The translations under genes were made by a program, and so were the position numbers. Under the pieces are notes generated by a model. That model was not told the DNA's origin and ran no database searches. It was given only the letters and a program-made list of their open reading frames with translations. A stretch of 64,000 nucleotides of DNA from Squalus acanthias (taxonomy: Eukaryota), in assembly GCA_030390025.1 (NCBI GenBank), contig CM059438.1, positions 9,796,001-9,860,000 on the forward strand, given 5' to 3'. Below are positions 52,644 to 62,949 of this stretch, in pieces; position 1 is the first letter of the stretch; each line of letters begins with the position of its first letter.

Positions 52644-55585
52644 TATGGCAGGGGGCTAGAAACCTATGTAGTGAAATAGAGGAAAGTGAAAGGCAGACAG
52701 AAATAAATGGTAAAAGGGTGAGGAACAAAAAACAAAGGGCCAAACTAATTCATAAAAAATGTGAGCATAAAAAAAGCCTGAGGGTTTTATACCTTAATGC
52801 GAGAAGCATCAGGAACAAGGTAGATGAATTAGCTGTGGAAATAGAGGTTAATAATTATGATCTAATTGGGATTACGGAAACATGGTTGCAGGGTGAGCAG
52901 GGCTGGGAGCTTAACATGCAGGGGTATTCAGTATTTAGGAAGGATCGACAAAAAAGAAAGGGAGGAGGGGTAGCATTGCTGGTAAAAGAAGGGATAAATG
53001 CAATTGAAAGGAAGGATATTAACTCAGTTAATACAGAATCTATATGGGTGGAGCTAAGAAATAGCGAGGGGCGAAAAACATTAATAGGAGTGGTATATAG
53101 GCCTCCAAATAGTAAAATAGAGGTTGGGGAGGGCATCACGAGGGAAATAAGAGAAGCGTGCAATAAGAGCACAGCTGTCATCATAGGTGACTTTAACTTA
53201 CATATAGATTGGAATAGCCTAATCAGTAAAAATAATGAGGAGGAGGAATTCCTTGAGTGTTTAAGGGATGGTTATCTGGATCAATATGTCGAGGAACCAA
53301 CTCGGGAACAGGCTATATTGGACTGGGTACTGTGCAATGAGAAGGGACTAATTAGTAATCTTGTTGTACGGGGACCCTTGGGTCAGAGCGATCATAACAT
53401 GATCGATTTCTCACTCGAAATGGAGAGCGAAGAAATTGACTCAGATACTAAGGTCCTGAATTTAAACAAGGGGAATTATGATGCCATTAGACGGGAACTG
53501 AGTAGGTCTGATTGGACAACGTTCCTGGGAGGACTGGAGGTAGATAAACAATGGCAAGCATTTAAAGATAGAATGACAAAATTGCAAAAATTGTTTATAC
53601 CAATCTGGCATAAAAGGAAATCTAAAAAGGTGACTCAACCGTGGATAACAGGGGAAATTAGAGACAGCATAAAATCCAAAGATAGGGCGTATAAAATAGC
53701 CAAAAAAAGCGCCAGAGCGGAAGATTGGGAACAGTTTAAGATGGAGCAAAGGAGGACAAAGGGCTTAATCAAGAGGGGCAAAATAGCTTACGAAAGCAAG
53801 CTGGCGGAAAATATAAAAACTAACTCCAAAAGCTTTTATAAGTATATCAAGAGGAAAAGACTGGTGAAAACCAAAGTTGGCCCATTGCAGTCAGATACGG
53901 GGGAATATATAATGGGAAATAAGGAAATGGCAGACCAACTAAATGCATACTTTGGGTCAGTCTTTACGAAGGAAGACACAAAAAACCTCCCTGGGATATC
54001 GGGAAAAATAGGGACATTTGCAAAGGAGGAACTGACGCAAATCAATATCTCTAAGGATATGGTGTTAAGGAAGCTAAAGGGATTGAAGGCGGACAAATCC
54101 CCAGGGCCTGATAACATGCATCCTAGGGTGCTGAAGGAGGTGGCCCTAGAGATAGCGGATGCACTAAGTATGATTTTTCAGAATTCATTAGACTCGGGAA
54201 CAGTGCCCATGGATTGGAGGGTAGCTAACGTTACCCCACTATTCAAAAAGGGGGGTAGGGAAAAAGCAGGTAATTACAGACCTGTAAGCCTTACATCAGT
54301 TGTGGGCAAAATGCTGGAGTCCATCATTAAGGATGAAATAGCGGAGCACTTAGCAAATGGGGACAGGATAGAACAGAGTCAACATGGATTTACAAAGGGT
54401 AAATCGTGCTTGACTAATCTATTGGAATTTTTTGAGGGAGTAACTGGTAAAATAGATGGGGGAGAGCCAGTAGATGTGGTGTACCTGGACTTCCAAAAGG
54501 CCTTCGATAAGGTCCCACATAAAAGATTAGCAGGGAAAATTGAAGCTCATGGGATAAAGGGGAAAGTATTGACGTGGATAGAGAACTGGCTGTCAGATAG
54601 AAAACAGAGAGTTGGAATAAACGGCTCATTTTCTGAATGGCAGGCAGTAACAAGTGGGGTACCACAGGGATCTGTCCTGGGTCCCCAGCTGTTCACAATT
54701 TACATTAATGACCTGGATCAGGGAGTCGGATGCAGCATTTCCAAATTTGCAGACGACACTAAACTAGGAGGGGGGGTGGGCTCAGAGGAGGAGACCAGGA
54801 AGCTCCAGAGCGATTTGGACAGACTGGGTGATTGGGCGGATAAATGGCAGATGCACTATAATGTGGACAAGTGCGAAGTTATCCACCTTGGGTGCAGGAA
54901 CGGGAGGGCAAATTATTATTTAAATGGCAATAAATTGGGAGAGGGGGAAGTACAGAGAGACCTGGGTGTTCTTGTACACCAGTCACTGAAGGCGAGCATG
55001 CAGGTGCAACAGGCGGTCAAGAAGGCAAACGGTATGCTGGCCTTCATAGCAAAAGGGTTGGAATACAGGAACAGGGATACCTTGCTGCAGCTGTACAGGG
55101 CACTGGTGAGACCACACCTCGAGTACTGTGTACAGTTTTGGTCGCCTCATCTGAGGAAAGATGTTCTTGCCATGGAGGGGGTGCAGCGGCGATTCACCAG
55201 GCTGATACCAGGAATGGCGGGATTGACCTATGAGGAGAGACTATGTAGTTTAGGGATGTACACACTGGAGTTTAGAAGATTGAGAGGGGACCTCATAGAA
55301 GTGTATAAAATTCTGACAGGTCTAGACAGACTAGATGCAGAAGGAATGTTTCCCTTGGCGGGTGAGAACAGAACTAGAGGACATAATTTAAGGATAAGGG
55401 CTAAAACATTTAGGACAGAAATGAGGGGGAATTTCTTCACTCAGAGGGTGGTGAACCTGTGGAACTCATTGCCACAGAGGGCAGTGTACGCCAGCTCATT
55501 AAATATATTTAAGAGGGAATTAGATATATTTCTACAGGCAAAAGGGGTTAAGGGTTACGGAGAGAAGGCGGGGATGGGATACTGA
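52634..55585 (+). CDS. CR1 ORF2: APE endonuclease + reverse transcriptase, intact frame
   Basis: [47 protein letters not shown] and FADDTK. The frame is open from 52619 with no stop to 55585. Confidence 0.95.
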   Translation, partial: FKLVWQGARNLCSEIEESERQTEINGKRVRNKKQRAKLIHKKCEHKKSLRVLYLNARSIRNKVDELAVEIEVNNYDLIGITETWLQGEQGWELNMQGYSVFRKDRQKRKGGGVALLVKEGINAIERKDINSVNTESIWVELRNSEGRKTLIGVVYRPPNSKIEVGEGITREIREACNKSTAVIIGDFNLHIDWNSLISKNNEEEEFLECLRDGYLDQYVEEPTREQAILDWVLCNEKGLISNLVVRGPLGQSDHNMIDFSLEMESEEIDSDTKVLNLNKGNYDAIRRELSRSDWTTFLGGLEVDKQWQAFKDRMTKLQKLFIPIWHKRKSKKVTQPWITGEIRDSIKSKDRAYKIAKKSARAEDWEQFKMEQRRTKGLIKRGKIAYESKLAENIKTNSKSFYKYIKRKRLVKTKVGPLQSDTGEYIMGNKEMADQLNAYFGSVFTKEDTKNLPGISGKIGTFAKEELTQINISKDMVLRKLKGLKADKSPGPDNMHPRVLKEVALEIADALSMIFQNSLDSGTVPMDWRVANVTPLFKKGGREKAGNYRPVSLTSVVGKMLESIIKDEIAEHLANGDRIEQSQHGFTKGKSCLTNLLEFFEGVTGKIDGGEPVDVVYLDFQKAFDKVPHKRLAGKIEAHGIKGKVLTWIENWLSDRKQRVGINGSFSEWQAVTSGVPQGSVLGPQLFTIYINDLDQGVGCSISKFADDTKLGGGVGSEEETRKLQSDLDRLGDWADKWQMHYNVDKCEVIHLGCRNGRANYYLNGNKLGEGEVQRDLGVLVHQSLKASMQVQQAVKKANGMLAFIAKGLEYRNRDTLLQLYRALVRPHLEYCVQFWSPHLRKDVLAMEGVQRRFTRLIPGMAGLTYEERLCSLGMYTLEFRRLRGDLIEVYKILTGLDRLDAEGMFPLAGENRTRGHNLRIRAKTFRTEMRGNFFTQRVVNLWNSLPQRAVYASSLNIFKRELDIFLQAKGVKGYGEKAGMGY

Positions 55586-56446
55586 ATTGGAGGATCAGCC
55601 ATGATCTCATTAAATGGCGGAGCAGGCTCGAAGGGCCGGATGGCCTACTCCTGCTCCTATCTTCTATGTATCTATGTATCTATGTATCTATGTCTCCAGG
55701 GTCACTGCATGTGTGGAGAGGATGGAGGAGTCCAACTCAAATATGAGCAGAGCCTTTGTGGAGTCATTGGCGCATGAACACATCACCATGGAAAGGATGG
55801 CTACGGCCATCGAGGAGCTAAGTCGCCAGAGTGTTGAAAACATGGTCATTGTTCAGAATAGACTGACATCTCTGGAGGAGCGATGGACAGCTATTGAGCA
55901 GAGAAACCAGAGATTCATGGAAGTCCTCTGGAGTAGGACTGCCACTGCAGATACGGGTCCTCATGGCCCCCCTGATGTGCAGCAAGGTGATGTCCAGCCA
56001 CTTGCTAGCACTGAAGTGGGGCTGACCCATGAGAGGGATGTTGGTGGCAGCCAACAAGGAAGTGGGGGCTCCTCTCCAAGCGCGCTCACTCCCATGCCAC
56101 TGAGTAGCCCTTGGTCAGAGTCCTCACCCATCTGTGATGGGCGTCTCAGCCCCTGCACAGATGCAGGAGGAGCAGATGTTTGCTGAGCTGTCACAGGCTC
56201 GCAACCCCAGAGGACGCCCGCCAAAGGTGTCCAAGCAGGAGCAGCATGAAAGTGAGCAAGGTGCCTCCACATCTGCTGAAGCTACAGGGGAACCAACACG
56301 TAGGAGCACACGTAAGAGGGAGATTAAGCTCAAGTAGTCACAAGGGTAGTCACTTGGGTGTTCTGTTCTGTTCAATTATTAGATGCCATCATTTCCTTAT
56401 TTTAATAAACTGCACTGATGGCAAACTGCTGCAGTTGTGGTCTTGG

Positions 56447-57033
56447 TCATATCGGAAATGGAAGTTCCACTTTGAGGACTCGGGGCGACTTGGACTGGTC
56501 ATGATGGTGGTCACAGTGATAGGAAGCCACAGGCTCTTGTCCATTGTCTATGGTGGTAAGAAGGTGCCAGCCACGTGTTTGATTGGCCAACCTAAGCATC
56601 ATGCAAGCATGTGTGGCCGACTGGGAGATGCTGCTGATGATCCCTGGATGGAGACTGAAGCAAAAAAGCGTGAGTGCGGTGGTGACTTTCACAGCCACTG
56701 GTGAGGGGTTTTCACCTGCTCCTCTGGCCTCCAGGTGTTGGTGCAGCATTGCGCAGATGTGTGCGATTATCTATAACGAACCTCTCGGCCTCCTTTGGCA
56801 CTGTTGCTTAGTCATGTTGGGGAAGGTCATCCTCAGCCTCTAAACCCTGTTTTGGGGCGCTCTCCTGTGCCAACCATCTTCCCTGCGCTGACGCCCTCTG
56901 CAGCATCAGGTGGGCAAGGAGGAGTTTGACGCTGCTGATGGTGGTGCTACTGTTGTTCCTGGTGCTGCTGCGGCCGCGGATGCTCCTCGTCCAAGGCTGA
57001 GGTCCACGATTAAAGGAGATAAATGATTCCCAT
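56447..57033 (-). pseudogene. Harbinger (HARBI1-like) transposase remnant, internally deleted
   Basis: Starts MGIIYLL; contains PVAVKVTTAL...ISQSATHACM, typical of the Harbinger transposase N-terminal HTH region. No DDE core is visible. Confidence 0.7.
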
Positions 57034-57637
57034 GCTGCTGGTGGAAACCTCAGGCGAGGAAGCGCTCAGGCAATGTGGGGAGAGGGTTTCCCCAGGAGGT
57101 GACACTGGAGATGAATCTCATATTCACTAAATTCTAAATCAGTAGGCCTGCAAGAAGTTTACCAATACCTGAAAAAACAAAGTTTGGCAACACCCAAGTG
57201 ATCCTTGGTGGAAGCTCTGCTTTTATGCTGGAGAGGCAGTGGGCGGGAAGGCAGTGAAAACCGCCAGGTATAGCTGGCGTGTTTCAGGAGAGGCGTGCAG
57301 GCTGCTGAAAACATTGGAAAATCTGAAGGGCCTCAAAATCGGCTTACTGAGGTGGTTAAGTGGCTGTTGAGGGCCTGTCCCGCTGCCTGGAGGCGGGACC
57401 GAAACGGTCTCTCCAAGCCCACCTCTGGGGAAGTTGCGCGGAGGCGGGTTGGCAGCGGGATCGGAACACGCCGCCACTTGTTCCGACTTTCCCACCTGAC
57501 CCGCCTCCAAACCCGCCCCCTGAGCGCCGGCAAAATCCAGCCCGAAGTAAGTGTCAGTAGTTGAACATCAGCTCAAGGTGAACACTTGTACCATCACCCA
57601 ACAATTCGCTCACCCGTTACCCAGCAGTGACTTGTAT

Positions 57638-58040
57638 AACAACAACTCGTATTTATATAGCACCTTTAACGTAGAAAAACATTCACAGGAGCGTTATAAA
57701 ACAGCATTTGACACTGAGCCACATAAGGAGCTATTACAGCAGGTGACCAAAAGCTTTGTCAAAGAGGTAGGTTTTAAGGCGTGTCTTAAAGGAGGAAAAA
57801 GAGGCGGGGAGGTTTAGGGAGGGAATTCCAGAGCTTAGGGCCTTGGCAGCTGAAGGCACGGCCATCAATGGTGGAGCGATTAAAATCAGGGATGCGCAAG
57901 AGGCCAGAATTGGAGGAGCACAGATATCTCGGAGGGTTGTGGGGCTGGAGGAGATTACAGAGATGGGGAGGGGCTAGGTCATGGAGGGATTTGAAAACCA
58001 GGATGAGAATTTTAAAATCGAGGCGTTGCTTAACTGGGTG
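57638..58040 (-). mobile_element. L2 LINE 3' end
   Basis: QRLDFKILILVFKSLHDLAPPHL...GRAFSCQGPKLWNSLP; tail aacaacaactcgtatttatatagcacc. Confidence 0.88.
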
Positions 58041-59051
58041 TGAATAAGTGTGTGAAGCAAGAATTATTGCAGGAAATAATGTGATAGTCAAAGGACCATT
58101 GGTTTTCATGGAACTGTAGGATGTAATCTCCAAACACTGGTAAAAATCCTGGAGTCCCATATTATAAAAACTGATTTATGACTTAGTCACGAAAAGCCAG
58201 AGGCTCTGACCATGGGAGCTTTCATTGTGTTGGAGCTAGAGTGGCGATAATCAGGACAAGCTAAAGGCAAAAGTGAAAGCACAGGCTGTTTCATAGCGGT
58301 AATTGTAGGTTGTGTCTTAACAAGTGAAGTAGGGTATTAGGCTAGATGCTATAATAGAATTTTTTTAATTCACTTTAAAGAATGTAGAAAGGAGAATGAG
58401 AAAAGCAGCAGGAACACGATCACAGCGGCTGGAAAATGAGGTCAAAAACAAAGGCTTAGTATAATCTTTTAAAAGATGCAAGAAAAGTAGCAAGCCCTGG
58501 GACTTATGCCCAAGTTTGTTGAAAGTAACTAAAAAGGAGTATTTGAAGTGAACAATAAGTTTTCAGAATATATGGCAAAAGGATCTGAAGAAATTCCTTT
58601 TATGTAAGCAGCCAATCTGGGCATTTTTAAGCAGTACATTGTGATACTTATTGAAGTATTGGTATGGCAACCAAAGCCAGAATGCCCTGGATGACGAAAG
58701 CGACAGAGAGCAAGGTGAAGCAGAAAAAGGGGGCGTATGACAGATGCCAGGTTGAGAATACAAGTGAGAACCAGGCTGAATATAGAAAGTTCAGAAGGGA
58801 AGTGAAAAATGAAATCAGAGGGGCAATGAGAGTATGAGAATAGATTAGCAGCTAACATAAAAGGGAATCCAAAAGCCTTCTATAGGCATATAAATGGTAA
58901 ACGGGTATTAAGAGGAGGAGTGGGGCCGATTAGGGACCAAAATGGAGACCTATGCATGGAGGCAGAGGGCATAGCTGAGGTATTAAATGAGTAATAACAG
59001 AAAACGCTGGAAAAACTCAGTGGGCCAGACAACATCCGTGGAGAGAGAAAG

Positions 59052-59088
59052 AGTTAACGTTTCAGGTCGATGACCTTTCGTCAGAACT
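59052..59088 (-). ncRNA. Minimal type I hammerhead ribozyme motif (mirror copy)
   Basis: Exact reverse complement of 59622-59658. Confidence 0.75.
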
Positions 59089-59621
59089 GGGAAGAGCCGG
59101 AAATCAAATAGATTTAAGGCCAGGGTAAAGCTGGGAAAAGGGGGAGGGGATAAAGGAACAAAGGGGGAGATGAAGAAACATTAAGAGACATTAAGAGATA
59201 TGCAAGGCTAGAGGTGGTGTTAATGTGACAGATTAAGGCTGAAAGAAGTGTGAAATCCACTGGCAGAATGAAGGACAGCTGCCAGCTTCTAGGAGGGAAA
59301 AAAAAGGTGGGGGGGGTGGCAAATAAAAGGGTGGAAAAAATAAAATATAAATGTGATTGGCACATTTATATTTTATTTTTTCCACCCTTTTATTTGCCCC
59401 CCCCACCTTTTTTCCTCCTAGAAGCTGGCAGCTGTCCTTCATTCTGCCAGTGGATTTCACACTTCTTTCAGCCTTAATCTGTCACATTAACACCACCTCT
59501 AGCCTTGCATATCTCTTAATGTCTCTTAATGTTTCTTCATCTCCCCCTTTGTTCCTTTATCCCCTCCCCCTTTTCCCAGCTTTACCCTGGCCTTAAATCT
59601 ATTTGATTTACGGCTCTTCCC

Positions 59622-59658
59622 AGTTCTGACGAAAGGTCATCGACCTGAAACGTTAACT
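59622..59658 (+). ncRNA. Minimal type I hammerhead ribozyme motif
   Basis: agtt-CTGACGA-a-aggtc(atc)gacct-GAAAC-GTT-aact: core boxes, 5-bp stem II, palindromic ACGT stem III and 4-bp stem I. Confidence 0.75.
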
Positions 59659-59890
59659 CTTTCTCTCTCCACGGATGTTGTCTGGCCCGCTGAGTTTTTC
59701 CAGCGTTTTCTGTTATTTTGGATTTCCAGCATCCGCAGTATTTTGCTATCGTATTAAATGAGTACTTTGCATCTGTCTTTACCAAGGAAGAAGATGCTGC
59801 CAAAGTCATAGTGAAAGAGGAGCTAGTTGAGAAACTGGATGGGATAAAAATTGATAAGGAGGAGGTACTAGAAAGGCTGGCTGTACTTAA

Positions 59891-61594
59891 TACTTTGTTT
59901 CTGTCTCCACGGAGGAAGACACAAAAAACCTCCCACAAATACGAGAAAACCAAGGGTGTGGCAAGAATGAGGAACTTAAAGAAATTATTATTAGTAAAAA
60001 AACAGTACTAGCAAAATTAATGGGACTAAAAGTCGATAAATCCCAAGGACTGGATGACCTACATCCTAGGGTTTTGAAAGAGGTGGCCATTGGGATAGTG
60101 GATGCATTGGTTGTCATGTTCCAGAATTCTATAGATTCTGGAATGGTTCCTGCAGATTGGAGGATAGCAAATGTAACCCCACTATTTAAGAAAGGAGGGA
60201 GAGAGAAAACGGGGAACTACAGACCTGTTAGCGTCACAGCAGTAGTTGGGGAAAATGCTGGAATCTACTATAAAGGATGCAATAACTGGGCACTTAGAAA
60301 TTAAGATTGGGCAGAGTCAACATGGATTTATGAAAGGGAAATCCTGTGTGACAAACCTATTGGAGTTCTTTGAGGATGTAACTAGTGGAGTAGACAAAGG
60401 GGAACCGGTAGACGTGGTGTATCTGGATTTTCAGAAGGCCTTCGATAAGGTCCCACACAAGAGGTTGGTGAACAAAATTAGGGCACATGGAATTGAGGGT
60501 AATATACTAGCATGGATTGAGAATTGGTTAACAGACAGAAAACAAAGAGTAGGGATAAACGGGTCTTTTTCAGGATGGCAGGCTGTGACTAGTGGGGTAC
60601 CGCAAGGATTGGTGCTTGGGCCCCAGCTATTCACAATCTATATCAATGATTTGGATGAGGGGACTAAATGTAACATTTTCAAATTTGCTGATGATACAAA
60701 GCTAGGTGGCAGTGTCAGTTGTAAAGAGGCTTCAAGGGGATCTCGACAGGCTCAGCGAGTGGGCGAGAACATGGCAGATGGAATATAATGTGGATAAATG
60801 TGAAGTTATCCACTTTGGTAGAAAAAACAGAAAGGCAGAGTATTTCCTAAATGGTGAAGATTGGGGAATGCAGATGCTCAAAGGGACCTGGGTGTCCTTG
60901 TACATGAGTCACTGAAAGTGAATGTGCAGGTGCAGCAAGCCATTAGGAAGGCAAATGGTATGCTGGCCTTCATTACAAGAGGATTTGAGTACAGGAGTAA
61001 AGAAGTCTTACTCCAATTATATAGGGCCTTGGTGAGACCACACCTGGAGAACTGTACAATTTTGGTCTCCTTACCTAAGGAAGGATATACTTGCCATAGA
61101 GGGAGTGCAATGAAGGTTCACGAGATTGATTCCTGGGATGGCGGGACTGTCGTATGAGAAGAGATTGAGTAAACTAGGCCTGCATTCTCTTGAATTCAGA
61201 AGAATGAGAGGGGATCGCATTGAAGCATACAAAATTATTACAGGGCTTGATAGGGTGGATGCTGGGAGAATGTTTCCCTTGGCTGGGGAGTCTGGAACCA
61301 GGGGCCACAGCCTCAGGATAAAGGGTAGGCCATTCAGGACTGAGATGAGAAGAAATTTCTTCACACAGAGGGTGGTGAATCTTTGGAATTCTCTACCCCA
61401 GAGGGCTGTGGAGGCTCAGTCATTGGGTACATTCAAAACAGAAGTCGATAGATTTCTGACTAGTAAAGGCATCAAGAGATATGGCGATAGGGCCGGTGAA
61501 TGGAGTTGAGGCAGAAGATCAGCCATGATTTCATTGAATGGCGGAGCAGGCTCGAAGGGCCGAATGGCCTACTCCTGCTCCTATTTTGTATGTT
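59891..61594 (+). mobile_element. Nested 5'-truncated CR1 (same family as 8802-11165)
   Basis: Frameshifted RT ORFs at 60020-61509; tail ctattttgtatgtt; TSD CTTAA (59886 and 61595). Confidence 0.93.
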
Positions 61595-61766
61595 CTTAAA
61601 GTAGATGAGTCACCAGGACCGGATGAGATGCATCCTAGGATACTGAGGGAAGTAAAGGTGGAAATTGTGGAGGTACTGGCCGTAATCTTCCAATCCTCCT
61701 TGGATACGGGAGTGGTGCCAGAGGACTGGAGAAATGCAAATGTTACACCCTTGTTCAAAAAAGGGT

Positions 61767-62305
61767 AGAAACATAGAAACTAGGTGCAGGAGTAGGCCAT
61801 TCGGCCCGTCGAGCCTGCTCCACCATTCAATACGATCATGGCTGATCATCCAAATCCAGTACCCTGTCCCTGCTTTCTCACACAGAATCCCCATCGAGCC
61901 TGCACCGACACATATCCCACCCTATCCCCGTAACCCCACATATTTAATTCCCCCTAACATATCCCATCCTATCCCCGTAACCCCACATATTTAATTCCCC
62001 CTAACATATCCCATCCTATCCCCGTAACCCCACATATTTAATTCCCCCTAACATATCCCATCCTATCCCCGTAACCCCACATATTTAATCCCCCCCTAAC
62101 ACTAAGGGTCAATTTATCACAGCCAAATCAACCTAACCCGCACATTTTTGGACTGTGGGAGGAAACCGGAGCACCCGGAGGAAACCCACGCAGACACGGG
62201 GAGAATGTGCAAACTCCACACAGACAGTCACCCGAGGCCAGATTCGAACCCGGGTCCCTGGCGCTGTGAGGCACCAGTGCTAACCACTATGCCACCGTGT
62301 TGCCC
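61767..62305 (-). mobile_element. HE1-like V-SINE with an internal minisatellite and a CR1 tail
   Basis: Reverse complement gggcaacacggtggcatagtggttagcac...gggttcgaatc, then the V-domain gtggagtttgcacattctccccgtgtctgcgtgggtttcctccgggtgctccggtttcctcccaca; TSD GGT. Confidence 0.9.
61910..62098. repeat. 4 x 47-bp tandem repeat
   Basis: Unit ACATATCCCATCCTATCCCCGTAACCCCACATATTTAATTCCCCCTA; copies are nearly identical. Confidence 0.97.
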
Positions 62306-62949
62306 GGTGTAAGGATAAACCCAGCAACTACAGGCCAGTCAGTTTAACCTCTGTAGTGGGGAAGCTTTTAGAAACGATAATCCGGGACAAAATTAACAGT
62401 CTCTTGGACAACTGTGGATTAATTAAGGAAAGCCAGCATGAATTTGTTAAAGGCAAATCGTGTTTAACTAACTTGATTGAGTTTTTGATGAGGTAACAGA
62501 GAGGGTTCATGAGGCAATGCAGTTGGTGTGGTGTACATGGACTTCCAAAAGGCGTTTGATAAAGTGCCACATAATAGGCTTGCCAGCAAAGTTGAAGCCC
62601 ATGGAATAAAAGGGACAGTGGCAGCATGGATACAAAATTGGCTAAGTGACAGGAAACAGAGAGTAGTGGTGAACGGTTGTTTATCAGACTGGAGGAAGGT
62701 ATACAGTGGTGTTCCCCAGGGGTCGGTACTAGTTCCACTGATTTTCTTGATATTATTAATGACTTGGATGTGGGTATACAGGGCACAATTTCAAAATTTG
62801 CAGATGACACAAAACTTAGAAGTGAACAGTGAGGAGGATAGAGATAGACTTCAAGACGACATAGACAGGCTGGTGGGATGGGCGGACAGATGAAATTTAA
62901 CGCAGAAAAGTGTGAAGTGATACATTTTGGTAGGAAGAATGAGGAGAGG

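Larger units (their letters stand above)
52080..55690 (+). mobile_element. Young CR1 LINE, 5'-truncated within ORF1
   Basis: TSD TGTCTC (52074 and 55691); (CTATGTAT)n tail from 55664; both reading frames are uninterrupted. Confidence 0.97.
50872..56337 (+). pseudogene. Harbinger Myb/SANT (trihelix) DNA-binding protein gene, spliced, frameshifted and CR1-disrupted
   Basis: RFTDDSLQVLVEGV../LFP..WLQIAREMS..RTWLQCRKRFNDF, donor GTGAGT at 51081; second exon KRAHNKRERTRTGGGPP; acceptor at 51707; frame continues across the CR1 (QESLAGFVS|RVTACVERMEES). Confidence 0.8.
50583..57543. mobile_element. Decayed autonomous-type PIF/Harbinger transposon (Myb/SANT gene + transposase remnant) containing a CR1
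   Basis: Perfect 12-bp TIR GGGCTGGATTTT / AAAATCCAGCCC, GC-rich subterminal regions and two convergent genes. The TSD does not match (TAT/GAA). Confidence 0.85.
58994..59750. mobile_element. Penelope-like element terminal repeats in inverted orientation (foldback) with 3' tail
   Basis: Arms 58993-59355 and 59361-59717 with a 5-nt spacer; unpaired tail to 59750; 14-bp TSD GTATTAAATGAGTA. Confidence 0.85.
58560..62949 (+). mobile_element. Host CR1 ORF2 split by nested insertions (segments about 58560-58993, 59751-59890, 61595-61766, 62306-62949)
   Basis: The segments rejoin colinearly (gaggtattaaatgagta|ctttgcatctgtc; gtacttaa|agtagatgagtc; aaaaagggt|gtaaggataaac) and match the 22440-24059 family. 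Confidence 0.88.

Noticed and set aside
59114-59596. Pairs of near-identical ORFs on opposite strands
   Set aside because: An automatic consequence of the palindrome; the peptides are low-complexity with no recognisable domain.
58993-59717. Palindrome as a long-read chimera artefact
   Set aside because: Exact 14-bp TSD, one-sided tail, arm mismatches and colinear host CR1 on both sides; read-level confirmation is still advisable.
61910-62098. CRISPR-like array
   Set aside because: Head-to-tail units with no unique spacers, no cas genes, and eukaryotic SINE context.
62235-62305. tRNA gene (also 13930-14003 and 32470-32540)
   Set aside because: These are tRNA-derived SINE heads continuous with SINE bodies.
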